A stretch of 64,000 nt of DNA from Myxococcota bacterium. GTDB taxonomy: Bacteria; Myxococcota_A; SURF-8. The first letter of the stretch is position 1; each line of letters starts with the position of its first letter. The notes below the pieces were generated by a model that saw only the letters and a program-made list of their open reading frames with translations, did not search any database and was not told the DNA's origin. Shown here piece by piece: positions 47,358 to 56,186 of this stretch. The stretch spans positions 32,001-96,000 of the forward strand of contig OZ223209.1 of assembly GCA_965140415.1 (NCBI GenBank). Direction: 5' to 3'. Both the position numbers and the translations under genes were made by a program.

Positions 47358-48663
47358 CACAGCTGTCCCGTTAACTATTGAATAATTCCAACTGCTTACC
47401 AAAAGGGATATTGGTAGGCAGGGAGGCGTTTGCCTTTAGCACCTGTAAAATGGGGCTTTCCTCGAAAAGCGTGACGCTTAAAATCTGTAGAATCGTCATC
47501 AAACTGTGCTCGAGATTCAGATCCTTTTTCAGAATCGCAACCAACAGATAAACCGTAATCGAAATCCACACTTGTGTCTTTACCGCATTGGCGCTGCGAC
47601 CGTAAAACGCCTTGATTCGCAGATTCTGTTTGATCCATTTGAAAAACACTTCGATACTCCACCGCAGCCGGTACAAGTCCGGAATCGTTTCCGAAGAAAG
47701 ATCAAAGTTGTTGGTCAGCCAGACAAATCGGGTGTTCGATTCTGGATCGATGTAGTTGATTCGCCGCACATGATCCGGATAGCGTCGAATGGAAGCACGG
47801 TCCACGAAGCTCACGGTCTGATCGGCGCGCAATCCCAAGCTCTTGTCGATGGGGTGTGAATAGATTCGCTTTGTGCTGGTGTTCTTGCTGGCTCTAAGAA
47901 TGAAGAAGGCTCCCGCCCGATGGATGCGATGCATGCGTCCGTAATCGACATAACCGCGATCCATGATATAAAATGCGCCCGCTTCCAAAGGCAGAATATC
48001 CAGTAAACGCTTGTCATGGCTCTTGCCGTCCGTAATGGAAATAAAGGCGGGAATCCGTCCGCGAAGGTCCATTTGCGTGTGAAGACGCAATGATCCATTG
48101 TATCGCGTGAATTTGGCCCATGGAAAAAGCGACAAACTCAAATCAATCGCTGTCGTGTCGAGCGCGTAGGTGGTGGCGTCTAGGTCGACGGCGAGCTTCT
48201 CGTCCGCATACAGCGCGCGGGCGCGCCGTATCAGGGGCTGAGCGAGATCTGCGTAAATGCGCCAGTCGCGTTTTTCATTCGCTCTGGCCAGTGTGTTGCG
48301 AGAGACTTTTCCACGCAGACCCATGTGATAAAGTTTCAGCTGAATAGCCCGCAAGGTCGCTTCAATATCGCGCAGGCTTTCGCGGTAGGCCAGCTGGGCA
48401 AATGCCATGCAAATGAATTGATCCATACAGGAAAAGGTACGAATGCGCTTGTTCCCCTGATAGCGATTGACACAACGGCGGAAATGGCGATCCGGCAAAT
48501 AGTCGAGCACTTGCGAAAAGACAGTCTGTGTCATTTTGATCTCCTGCATTTCTTGACTATTCGAAATGCAGAAAAACTATCGCGGACACCTGATAATCAC
48601 AAATTCAATCTGTAATAATAAGTAGTTGTAGCGCTGAACCTGGAAGTTAGCGGGACAGCTGTG
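47358..48663 (-). mobile_element. IS4-family insertion sequence, type 2 (1306 bp)
   Basis: Terminal inverted repeats CACAGCTGTCCCGTTAACT / AGTTAGCGGGACAGCTGTG; 10-bp duplication GGCTCCCGTC at 47348-47357 and 48664-48673, inside hairpin repeat A. Confidence 0.93.
47371..48534 (-). CDS. IS4-family transposase, diverged paralog of type 1
   Basis: Same DDE and YREK motifs with many substitutions; AGGAG before MTQTVF. Confidence 0.93.
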   Translation of the reverse strand: MTQTVFSQVLDYLPDRHFRRCVNRYQGNKRIRTFSCMDQFICMAFAQLAYRESLRDIEATLRAIQLKLYHMGLRGKVSRNTLARANEKRDWRIYADLAQPLIRRARALYADEKLAVDLDATTYALDTTAIDLSLSLFPWAKFTRYNGSLRLHTQMDLRGRIPAFISITDGKSHDKRLLDILPLEAGAFYIMDRGYVDYGRMHRIHRAGAFFILRASKNTSTKRIYSHPIDKSLGLRADQTVSFVDRASIRRYPDHVRRINYIDPESNTRFVWLTNNFDLSSETIPDLYRLRWSIEVFFKWIKQNLRIKAFYGRSANAVKTQVWISITVYLLVAILKKDLNLEHSLMTILQILSVTLFEESPILQVLKANASLPTNIPFGKQLELFNS

Positions 48664-48736
48664 GGCTCCCGTCCTGCTCCTTGCGTTTGTCTTCATGGTC
48701 GGGACAGTATCTCTTGCGATGGATCAGGATTATATC

Positions 48737-50058
48737 CACATCTGTCCGGTTAACTATTGAATAATTCCAACTGTTTACCGAAAGGGGGGGATTTCGCTGA
48801 ATCACCATTTGCCTTCAGTACCTGTAAAATGGGGCTTTCCTCGAAAAGTGTGACGCTCAAAATCTGTAGAATCGTCATCAAACTGTGCTCGAGATTCAGA
48901 TCCTTTTTCAAAATCGCCACTAAAAGGTAAACTGTTATCGAAATCCATACCTGCGTTTTCACCGCGTTGGCACTGGTCCCGTAGAACGCCTTGATGCGTA
49001 GATTCTGCTTGATCCATTTGAAAAACACTTCGATGCTCCAACGAAGCCGATACAAGTCCGGAATCGTTTCCGATGGCAGATCGAAAGCGTTGGTCAGCCA
49101 GACAAATCGGCTTTTCGATTCCGGATCGGTGTAATTGATACGCCGCAACTGGTCGGGGTAACGCTTGAGGGAAGCGCGATCAACAAGAGAAACGGTTTGG
49201 TCTGTTCTCAAACCTGTGCTTTTATCAACAGGACGAGAATAAATCTTTTTTGTGTGCGTATCCTTTCGTGCTCTAAGAATAAAGAAAGCTCCTGCTTGAT
49301 TGATTTTATACATCCGCTTGTAATCCAGATATCCGCGATCCATGATGTAAAAAGCACCCGCTTCCAGGGGCAGAATATCCAGCAGACGCTTGTCCTGGCT
49401 TTTACCGTCTGTAATGGAAATAAAGGTAGGAATTCGTCCGCGCAGATCCATCTGCGTATGCAGTCGGAGCGATCCATAGTGACGTGTAAATTTGGCCCAG
49501 GGAAAAAGAGACAAACTCAAATCGATGGCCGTGGTGTCCAGAGCGTAAGCGGTGGCATCCAGATCGACGCCGAGCTTTTCGTCCGCATACAGTGTGCGAG
49601 CGCGCCGTATCAGAGGTTGCGCGAGATCTTCGTATATACGCCAGTCGCGGTGCTCGTTGGCGTCGGCCAGTGTACTTCGAGATACTTTTCCTCGAACCCC
49701 CATTCGGTAGAGTTTTGATCCCAACGCACGCAAGGTCGCTTCGATGTCGCGCAGACTTTCCCTGTAAGACAACTGCGCGAATGCCATGCAGATGAATTGA
49801 TCCATGCAGGAAAAGGTACGAATGCGCTTGTTCCCCTGATAGCGGTGGACACAACGTCTGAAATGCCAATTGGGCAAGTAATCAAGTACTTGCGAAAAGA
49901 CAGTTTGAGGCATATGCTCCTCCTGCAAATGGGTCATGGAAAACAAGTCCATTTTGCACGAGAACGAAAATCTATCGCAAGCACATTGAAAGAGGTGTTT
50001 TTGTTAAAGATACTGGATAGTTACTGTGGTTTGCGTTAAAGTTAACCGGACAGATGTG
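48737..50058 (-). mobile_element. IS4-family insertion sequence, type 1 copy b (1322 bp)
   Basis: Same ends and same transposase protein as 39286-40607; its own 9-bp duplication GATTATATC at 48728-48736 and 50059-50067. Confidence 0.95.
48750..49913 (-). CDS. IS4-family transposase, identical protein to copy a
   Basis: ORF-track translation is the same as 39299-40501. Confidence 0.93.
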   Translation of the reverse strand: MPQTVFSQVLDYLPNWHFRRCVHRYQGNKRIRTFSCMDQFICMAFAQLSYRESLRDIEATLRALGSKLYRMGVRGKVSRSTLADANEHRDWRIYEDLAQPLIRRARTLYADEKLGVDLDATAYALDTTAIDLSLSLFPWAKFTRHYGSLRLHTQMDLRGRIPTFISITDGKSQDKRLLDILPLEAGAFYIMDRGYLDYKRMYKINQAGAFFILRARKDTHTKKIYSRPVDKSTGLRTDQTVSLVDRASLKRYPDQLRRINYTDPESKSRFVWLTNAFDLPSETIPDLYRLRWSIEVFFKWIKQNLRIKAFYGTSANAVKTQVWISITVYLLVAILKKDLNLEHSLMTILQILSVTLFEESPILQVLKANGDSAKSPPFGKQLELFNS

Positions 50059-50182
50059 GATTATATCCTGAACCGAAACATTTCGAGCTGGATTGCAATC
50101 CCCCACGATCCTTAATCTTGCCCATCCCCCTCAGCACAAACATTCTCTTGCGCTGACCGAGTCCCACCTATATATTGAGTGG

Positions 50183-51349
50183 ATGAAACGTATCCATCGT
50201 AACAATCCGTTGTGGGGCTCTCTGCTTGGATTCCTTTTCCTCTCCGGCGTACTAGCCATGCCTGCCCAGGCGCAGGAAGCCCGCTTGAGCCACATCAGCA
50301 TCTGCATTACCGACAGCCTCCCTTCCGTGCAGGTAGAGGGACAGTCCCTGCACTTCTTCGACGATGAACTGGGCCTGCTGGTCCATCAAAGCGAAGGCAA
50401 ACGCATTCACACGCTGAAAATCAACAACGGCGGGGTGGCCGTCGATGGCAAGCGCTTCGAAACCTCGCGCCTGCGCATTCGCTCCACCAACAACTGGCTG
50501 CGCTACAATGGCCGCGTTTTCCGCGAGGATATGATCGCGATCCGCGATCCTCATTCCCCCGAAAAGCTGATCCTGGTCAACGACGTGCTCTTGGAGCAGT
50601 ATCTCTACGGTCTGATCAACAAGGAATGCTTGAAAAGCTGGCCCATCGAAGCCAAAAAAGCCCAGGCCGTCGCGGCGCGTACTTACGCCATTTTCCGCAA
50701 GATCAACCAGCCCAAACCGATCTGCGATATGGGAGCCACGGCGCTGGATCAGGTGTACGGCGGCTATCTGGCCGAGGACGACAGCGCCCGGCTGGCGGTG
50801 GACAAAACCAAGGGGCAGGTGCTGACCTATCGCAATCAGATCGCGGAAGCCTACTATCACTCCACCTGCGGCGGGCACACCACCAACTCAAGTGATGTGT
50901 GGAAGGGCAAACCAGGCCCCGAATATCTTTCCGGCGTAACCTGCAATACCTGTAGCAAATCGCCTTCCTATCGCTGGAGCACCAAAATCAAGAAAAGCGA
51001 ACTGGCTCGCAAGCTGGAAATCCCCAGTTCCTATCGAAAGAATTTCACCTTCGATATCATTCAGCGCGACGAGTCTGGCCGCGTGCAGAAATTCCGTTTT
51101 CATTATGGAGGGCAAGTCAAAATTCTCTCCGGTGAGGAGGTACGCAAGCGGGTCGGTTACGGTCGCCTTAAAAGCACGGCCTTCAGTTTCAAAGTGGTAC
51201 GTGGTCTGGTCACGTTTACCGGTAAAGGTCTGGGGCATGGCGTCGGCATGTGTCAGTGGGGCGCGGCGGGAATGGCCAATCAGGGCTACGGCTACAAAGC
51301 GATTCTAAACCACTATTATCCGGGCACGCAGCTTCGTCCGATCTACTGA
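50183..51349 (+). CDS. SpoIID/LytB-domain protein (peptidoglycan lytic transglycosylase family)
   Basis: LEQYLYG, AKKAQAVAARTYA, DQVYGG, YHSTCGGHT, GHGVGMCQWGA, ILNHYYPG. Confidence 0.92.
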   Translation: MKRIHRNNPLWGSLLGFLFLSGVLAMPAQAQEARLSHISICITDSLPSVQVEGQSLHFFDDELGLLVHQSEGKRIHTLKINNGGVAVDGKRFETSRLRIRSTNNWLRYNGRVFREDMIAIRDPHSPEKLILVNDVLLEQYLYGLINKECLKSWPIEAKKAQAVAARTYAIFRKINQPKPICDMGATALDQVYGGYLAEDDSARLAVDKTKGQVLTYRNQIAEAYYHSTCGGHTTNSSDVWKGKPGPEYLSGVTCNTCSKSPSYRWSTKIKKSELARKLEIPSSYRKNFTFDIIQRDESGRVQKFRFHYGGQVKILSGEEVRKRVGYGRLKSTAFSFKVVRGLVTFTGKGLGHGVGMCQWGAAGMANQGYGYKAILNHYYPGTQLRPIY

Positions 51350-51355
51350 GCTTTT

Positions 51356-51541
51356 TATAGCGGTTCTTAATCATTTTTAGCCATTAATTTGAATAATGTG
51401 TGCCATAGTCTTACGCGATCGAAGATCGTGGAAGGCTGTGTGTCTTCAATAAGTTACACACGGCCTCCCGGAATTTCCATTCCGTGAGACCATGGCACAT
51501 CGTGATTATTCGATGGACAGAAATGAGTAGTACCTACTCTA
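51356..51541. mobile_element. MITE-like structured repeat, copy 2 (186 bp)
   Basis: Closely similar to 13353-13539; lies a few bases after the SpoIID stop. Confidence 0.75.
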
Positions 51542-51573
51542 TTACCGGTTTATTTGATCTTAGCGATGCTTAT

Positions 51574-51648
51574 GTCATTGCCTGCGAAGGCAGGCAATTC
51601 AGGTTCTTAATAAAAATCAATAGATTGTCCGCCTGCGCGGACAATGAC
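51574..51648. repeat. GTC-type REP doublet
   Basis: GTCATTGCCTGCGAAGGCAGGCAATTCA...GATTGTCCGCCTGCGCGGACAATGAC. Confidence 0.7.
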
Positions 51649-51700
51649 ATCCTGGTGGGTATCGATAAATTCATTAAAGAACCACTACAAATCCGGTGTA

Positions 51701-52078
51701 TTACAAATCGCCGCTGTCATGCTCCACGGAAAACGTCAATGGATAGGTGATCGATGTGAACGGAATGCCTAGATCGATGTTCCATTCGTAGCGCAGGGAC
51801 ACCAGTTCGTAGCGGCGTGTAATTTCAACATCGGCTGGGGAATATTCTTCCAGCAGCTTCAAGGTTTTATAAGCGTTATGCAGAACGGCGCGAACCTCTT
51901 CGTCGGAGCTGTTGACGTTGACGTGTTTCAGCGTATTGGTCTGCGCCAATCCCAGTTCGTAACGATCGAATAGTGCAGGAACGATTTGAATGGCGGCGAT
52001 CACGATCAACGCCAGAATCACCACCCACACCAACACTTGTATCAGACCTTCGCCTTTTCTGCTGCGCAAGCCCTTCAT
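51701..52078 (-). CDS. Small pilin-like / DUF4845-like membrane protein
   Basis: Basic leader MKGLRSRKG followed by hydrophobic EGLIQVLVWVVILALIVIAAI. Confidence 0.6.
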   Translation of the reverse strand: MKGLRSRKGEGLIQVLVWVVILALIVIAAIQIVPALFDRYELGLAQTNTLKHVNVNSSDEEVRAVLHNAYKTLKLLEEYSPADVEITRRYELVSLRYEWNIDLGIPFTSITYPLTFSVEHDSGDL

Positions 52079-52192
52079 CGGTTTTCCCCTGTTGTTTGTA
52101 CTGCATCTACTGGTGTTTCCAATTACCGCAGAGATTCTCACACGGAACGCCTATTTTGTCAACGTGATGTCGTTATGGGATAGGTCCTAGGC

Positions 52193-53382
52193 CTGAGTAG
52201 TCCCCAGTCATTTTGAAAAGGCCGAGACATAAGATACCTTTGGGTTGCTGAATTCCCAGTTTAGGAGGTGTTTCATGCTCGGCCCGAATCGTATTCTGGA
52301 TTGGATTGTTGAAAATGTAAAGCCAAAGCGTCGATCTCGTCAGAAAACGCTGGCCGTCATCGTATATTCAGCGCTTCAGATGCGAGGTGTCGGCGTTTTG
52401 TCCCTGGGTCGCATGCTACCCGGTCACACCACGGCCAAGCACGCGATAAAGCGTGTCTGGCGTTTCTTCCGTAACAAACGTTTGGAAATCGAAAGCCTTC
52501 ATCTGAGCCTTGCCCACCTTCTGACTCCCCATAACGCGCCGGTCGTGATCTTGCTGGACTGGACGGTTTACGGCTCCTTCCAAACCTTGGCGGCGGCTTT
52601 GCCGAGGGATGGTCGCGCCATGCCGATCTGGTGGAAGACCATCTATGTCAAAAGTGGGGAGGGGGGCATGAAAGCGGTTGAACGCGAAACGCTGTGGGCG
52701 ATTCATGCGATGTTTCCCTTTCGTAAAGACCTGATTCTGATTGCCGATCGTGGTTTTGGAAATACCCGTTGGATCAGGGATATACAAAAATGGGGATGGG
52801 GGTATGTGCAACGGATGTCCGGTTCCGTATATATCGAAAATGCCTAGTATTATCGCGCCTTGAAGGACTTACCCGTCACTCGCGGAGCCAAGAGTCGAGA
52901 TTGGGGGAATATGCTATTGAGTAAAGAAAATCCTACGCAGGTTCGTCTTGTCAGTACGTGAAGCCAGGAAGCGAAACAGCCGTGGTTTCTGGCCACCAAT
53001 CTGGATCGTATCCCGCCGAAAATCGTGCGCTTGTATCAGCGGCGAATGTGGATCGAGGAGATGTTTCGCGACTTGAAAAACCGAAAGTGGGGATTGGGAT
53101 TTGCCGATTCGAGATTGGCCGCACCCGAGAGGGAGGATCGGCGCTGGTGCGCGCTGGTGCTGGCGTATCTCTTTCTTTGCGCCTATGGTGCGTTGGCCGA
53201 AAAGTCGGGACTGGATCGCAACATGCGACAGGATACGGCGTATAACCGCGCCATGAACCTCGCCCGGCTGGGAGCCGCCGTGCTGGCCGTCGCCGTCTAT
53301 CCCCTCTCGGATGCCATTGTCGCATTGAACGACATCCCACCATAAGTCAAGGTAGATTTTCGCAAAACTGGGGACTACTCAT
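52193..53382 (+). mobile_element. IS4-family (IS10-like) element, defective
   Basis: Inverted repeats TGAGTAGTCCCCAGT (52194-52208) and ACTGGGGACTACTCA (53367-53381); no clear target duplication. Confidence 0.85.
52275..53345 (+). pseudogene. IS10-like transposase pseudogene with two in-frame stops
   Basis: LLDWT, IADRGFG, PWFLATN, YQRRMWIEEMFRDLK all in one frame; TAG at 52845 and TGA at 52959. Confidence 0.85.
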
Positions 53383-53394
53383 GGCGATTGCATT

Positions 53395-53810
53395 CTATTT
53401 TCCAAGTTTTAGAATGGCGCTCCAAATGGGAGTAGAGTCCATAGCCAGCGCGCGCAATGTTTTTGCGAATCCGGCTTTTCCCCGTAATCTTTGAAGCAGA
53501 GCCAAAACCTGAGATCTCAGCATCGACGTTAGCAGGACCGCATTGGGGGACTGAAGCGCGTGTCGATCCTCTTTCAAAGCGGCGGCTTTGATCGAGAATG
53601 AGGTTTCGATTGACCAATGGTTCAGATGTATGGAGAATAATGATTGTGCGTCGGCGGGCAAGCTGGATAGAGCATAATGGTTGGTGACCGTTGCAAAGCA
53701 TGGCGGCGGTATAACCAAGTAAAAGACCGGCCAACTTGTGTCGCTGCCCTTGGCCACGTCTCGGGTCGGGAATACGCTGGAAAGCGTCGAAAAGATCCTG
53801 GAAAAGGGAG
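53395..53810 (-). pseudogene. ISAs1-family transposase remnant, internally deleted and frameshifted
   Basis: N-terminal IPDPRRGQGQRHKL...AAMLC in one frame and C-terminal HWSIET...LKEDR in another. Confidence 0.6.
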
Positions 53811-53888
53811 TCGATTAAAAAAGAGAAGAGAGAAAGCGATCGCGTTCTCCAACCCATTCAACGCACTGAACACCTACCGTGACGACGG

Positions 53889-55886
53889 TTACAAAATATC
53901 TAACTTATCCAGGATCTTCAAGTATTTAATGAATGATTGGATTTCCACCGGTAACGCCAGTTGCTGGATACCATCTTGCGCCAGAATCGACAATCCGATT
54001 TTACCGATTTTCACCATGCAGTCTTCATCCGGTTTGTTCGCATCGATGATTCTAAGACGCCACTCTTCGCGTATTGTTTCCGCACCACGACAAGGAGTCA
54101 AACTCATGGTCATGCTATTGTCATGGGGATGAAATTCTAAATTCGATATGACGTGCCTGCCAAAAGTGCGGTCAGGATAAAAACCTGGATCCAGCAAATA
54201 GGTCAAAGCCCTGGCATAGGTTGGAATCTGGGAGGATTTCCCGTCTCCTTCCGATTCTGCCATCACCCAATCCCAAATCTGCCCGGAAACGGCAGAATTG
54301 GCGGCATCGGACCGCAAACGGGTGGAGCCGAGAGCTTTCTGCCGAATGGAAAAGAGATCCGGCAGTTCTGGAACCATGGAAGATTCAATAATATGGGCTG
54401 CAAATTTATTGACCAGTTCATCATTGTTCATGCTGACCAACCGGTTATGGAAATGCGAGATAAAATGGATCAAGCGCCGATAGCGGATTTCAGGGGAACC
54501 CGCCGGACTGTCTGCCTGCCATGCAAATCCCAAGTGGTTATCCTGCGCACAGGACCAATCCATCGGTTGGTTCTTCACCCGTATCAACGGCATAATGTTG
54601 ATTCTGTGAACCAACCCGTTATTTAGCGCCCATTCCAAAAACTTAATGGTGTCATAGAATTCGGCTTCCGTTTCATCCGGCCAACCGATGATGACATCCA
54701 GCGCGATATTCAAAGCCGATCCGCAGGCTTCGGCAAGTGTCAATAGCACGTTTCTTACCGACTCGACATTGCCCGGTTTTCGCATTGCGCGACGCACCCG
54801 ATCCGACCCGCTTTCCAGTCCGATATTGAAGCTGATAAATCCCGCCTGTGCCAATAATTTTGCACGTTCCGGTGTTATGCTTTCATTTGCAATAATGTTC
54901 ACACGCTCGAAAATGCAATCCTCCCAGTGCTCCTCAATGATCAACTCGCACAGCCTGTCAAGATTCTTGGGGTAACTATTGATTGCTGCATCTGCGAAAA
55001 TAAAAACAAGATCCTTTAAGCTTCGACCATACTGTTCGGTCCAAGATTTTCTTACATAACGAAGTGCTTCAACTATTGTTTTTGGATCACCTTGTACCGT
55101 ATGAGAATAAAGCGTCTTATTTAAACAAAATCCGCAATTTCTTGGACATCCAAGTGTAAGCAGAAAAGGTACTAGTGCAATTTCATCCGGTTTGAATAAT
55201 GGCAAGATCTTTTGGTACTCAATCATAGGGAGAGAAGAAAGCCAGCGCTTTGCAGTTGAAGCGTCCGTACCCTCCTTGAAATTAATACGATCATGGTACC
55301 TTTCATTGAACCAGACACCGGGCAACGGAGCTGATAACGTCTTTTCCTCATTCATGAGAAAGTCGAAAATGTCTGCCGGGTCCGTTTGATTGAATCCGTG
55401 CATGACAGCGTCAATCGTATTTTCTTGCAACATCTCGGGCGCATACATGGCATGGGGACCGCCCAGCACAATAATGGATTCCGGTCTCCTTTGTTTCAGA
55501 AGCCGGGCGATTGCCATCGTGAAATAGGCGTTGTTGATCCAAACCGAGAATCCGAAGATATGCTGATTTCCAGCCAGCAATGTTTGAAGAATGCGTTCCA
55601 CTAATTCCGAATGCCGCTCAATCAACTCATTGGTAACTCGCTCTAATTCCTCCGCTTCTTTCGATTCTAAAAAGAACCCGTACGCACATTGCAAGATTAG
55701 ATCATCCGGAGGAGATGGAAAGTCTGGTACTAGAACCATACGGGAATCGATTCCATCGTTGTGAAGTTGTTGCAGGACGATACACAATCCGACTGGAATC
55801 GGACAAAAACCATCCAGATTGAAAGGCGGCATAATAGAAAGAATAACCTCATCTTGGATAGAAGTATGGGGATTTCGACTGGACAT
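53889..55886 (-). CDS. B12-binding-domain radical SAM protein
   Basis: FGFSV...IIVLGGPHA, LGCPRNCGFC, IGLESGSDRV...MRK, IIGWPDET; visibly AT-richer than neighbours. Confidence 0.85.
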   Translation of the reverse strand: MSSRNPHTSIQDEVILSIMPPFNLDGFCPIPVGLCIVLQQLHNDGIDSRMVLVPDFPSPPDDLILQCAYGFFLESKEAEELERVTNELIERHSELVERILQTLLAGNQHIFGFSVWINNAYFTMAIARLLKQRRPESIIVLGGPHAMYAPEMLQENTIDAVMHGFNQTDPADIFDFLMNEEKTLSAPLPGVWFNERYHDRINFKEGTDASTAKRWLSSLPMIEYQKILPLFKPDEIALVPFLLTLGCPRNCGFCLNKTLYSHTVQGDPKTIVEALRYVRKSWTEQYGRSLKDLVFIFADAAINSYPKNLDRLCELIIEEHWEDCIFERVNIIANESITPERAKLLAQAGFISFNIGLESGSDRVRRAMRKPGNVESVRNVLLTLAEACGSALNIALDVIIGWPDETEAEFYDTIKFLEWALNNGLVHRINIMPLIRVKNQPMDWSCAQDNHLGFAWQADSPAGSPEIRYRRLIHFISHFHNRLVSMNNDELVNKFAAHIIESSMVPELPDLFSIRQKALGSTRLRSDAANSAVSGQIWDWVMAESEGDGKSSQIPTYARALTYLLDPGFYPDRTFGRHVISNLEFHPHDNSMTMSLTPCRGAETIREEWRLRIIDANKPDEDCMVKIGKIGLSILAQDGIQQLALPVEIQSFIKYLKILDKLDIL

Positions 55887-56186
55887 ATACATCGCCTCGC
55901 AGTTTGGATTTTTATGAGTTTCGAAAACACCCGCTATTGCAAAAATCACGTTTTGTAATTTCTTGTAATTCAGTATATTGCTACCACAATCTGAACTGTG
56001 GATGAAATCGAAAAATGCTGTGTCTAAAGTAGTATAAAAAAGCGATTAGGTCCAATAAAACGCAATTTCCCATCTGGATAATGCGTTTTCACAGATTCAC
56101 TCGATTTCTTAGAAAGAGATTTCGCAAAAACGTTTCAGCCCCCACCATCAGTTCAGATTTCACCGCGCATTGCCGCGCGAAACCAC

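Noticed and set aside
39286-50058. Composite transposon formed by the two identical IS4 copies around kbl-tdh-regulator-pepA
   Set aside because: Each copy has its own distinct duplication on both sides, so the insertions were independent, and the enclosed genes are housekeeping genes.
52845-52961. Stop-codon recoding (Pyl/Sec) in the IS10-like transposase
   Set aside because: Two different stops in a transposase next to another decayed IS are more simply nonsense mutations, and other genes here end normally at TAG and TGA.
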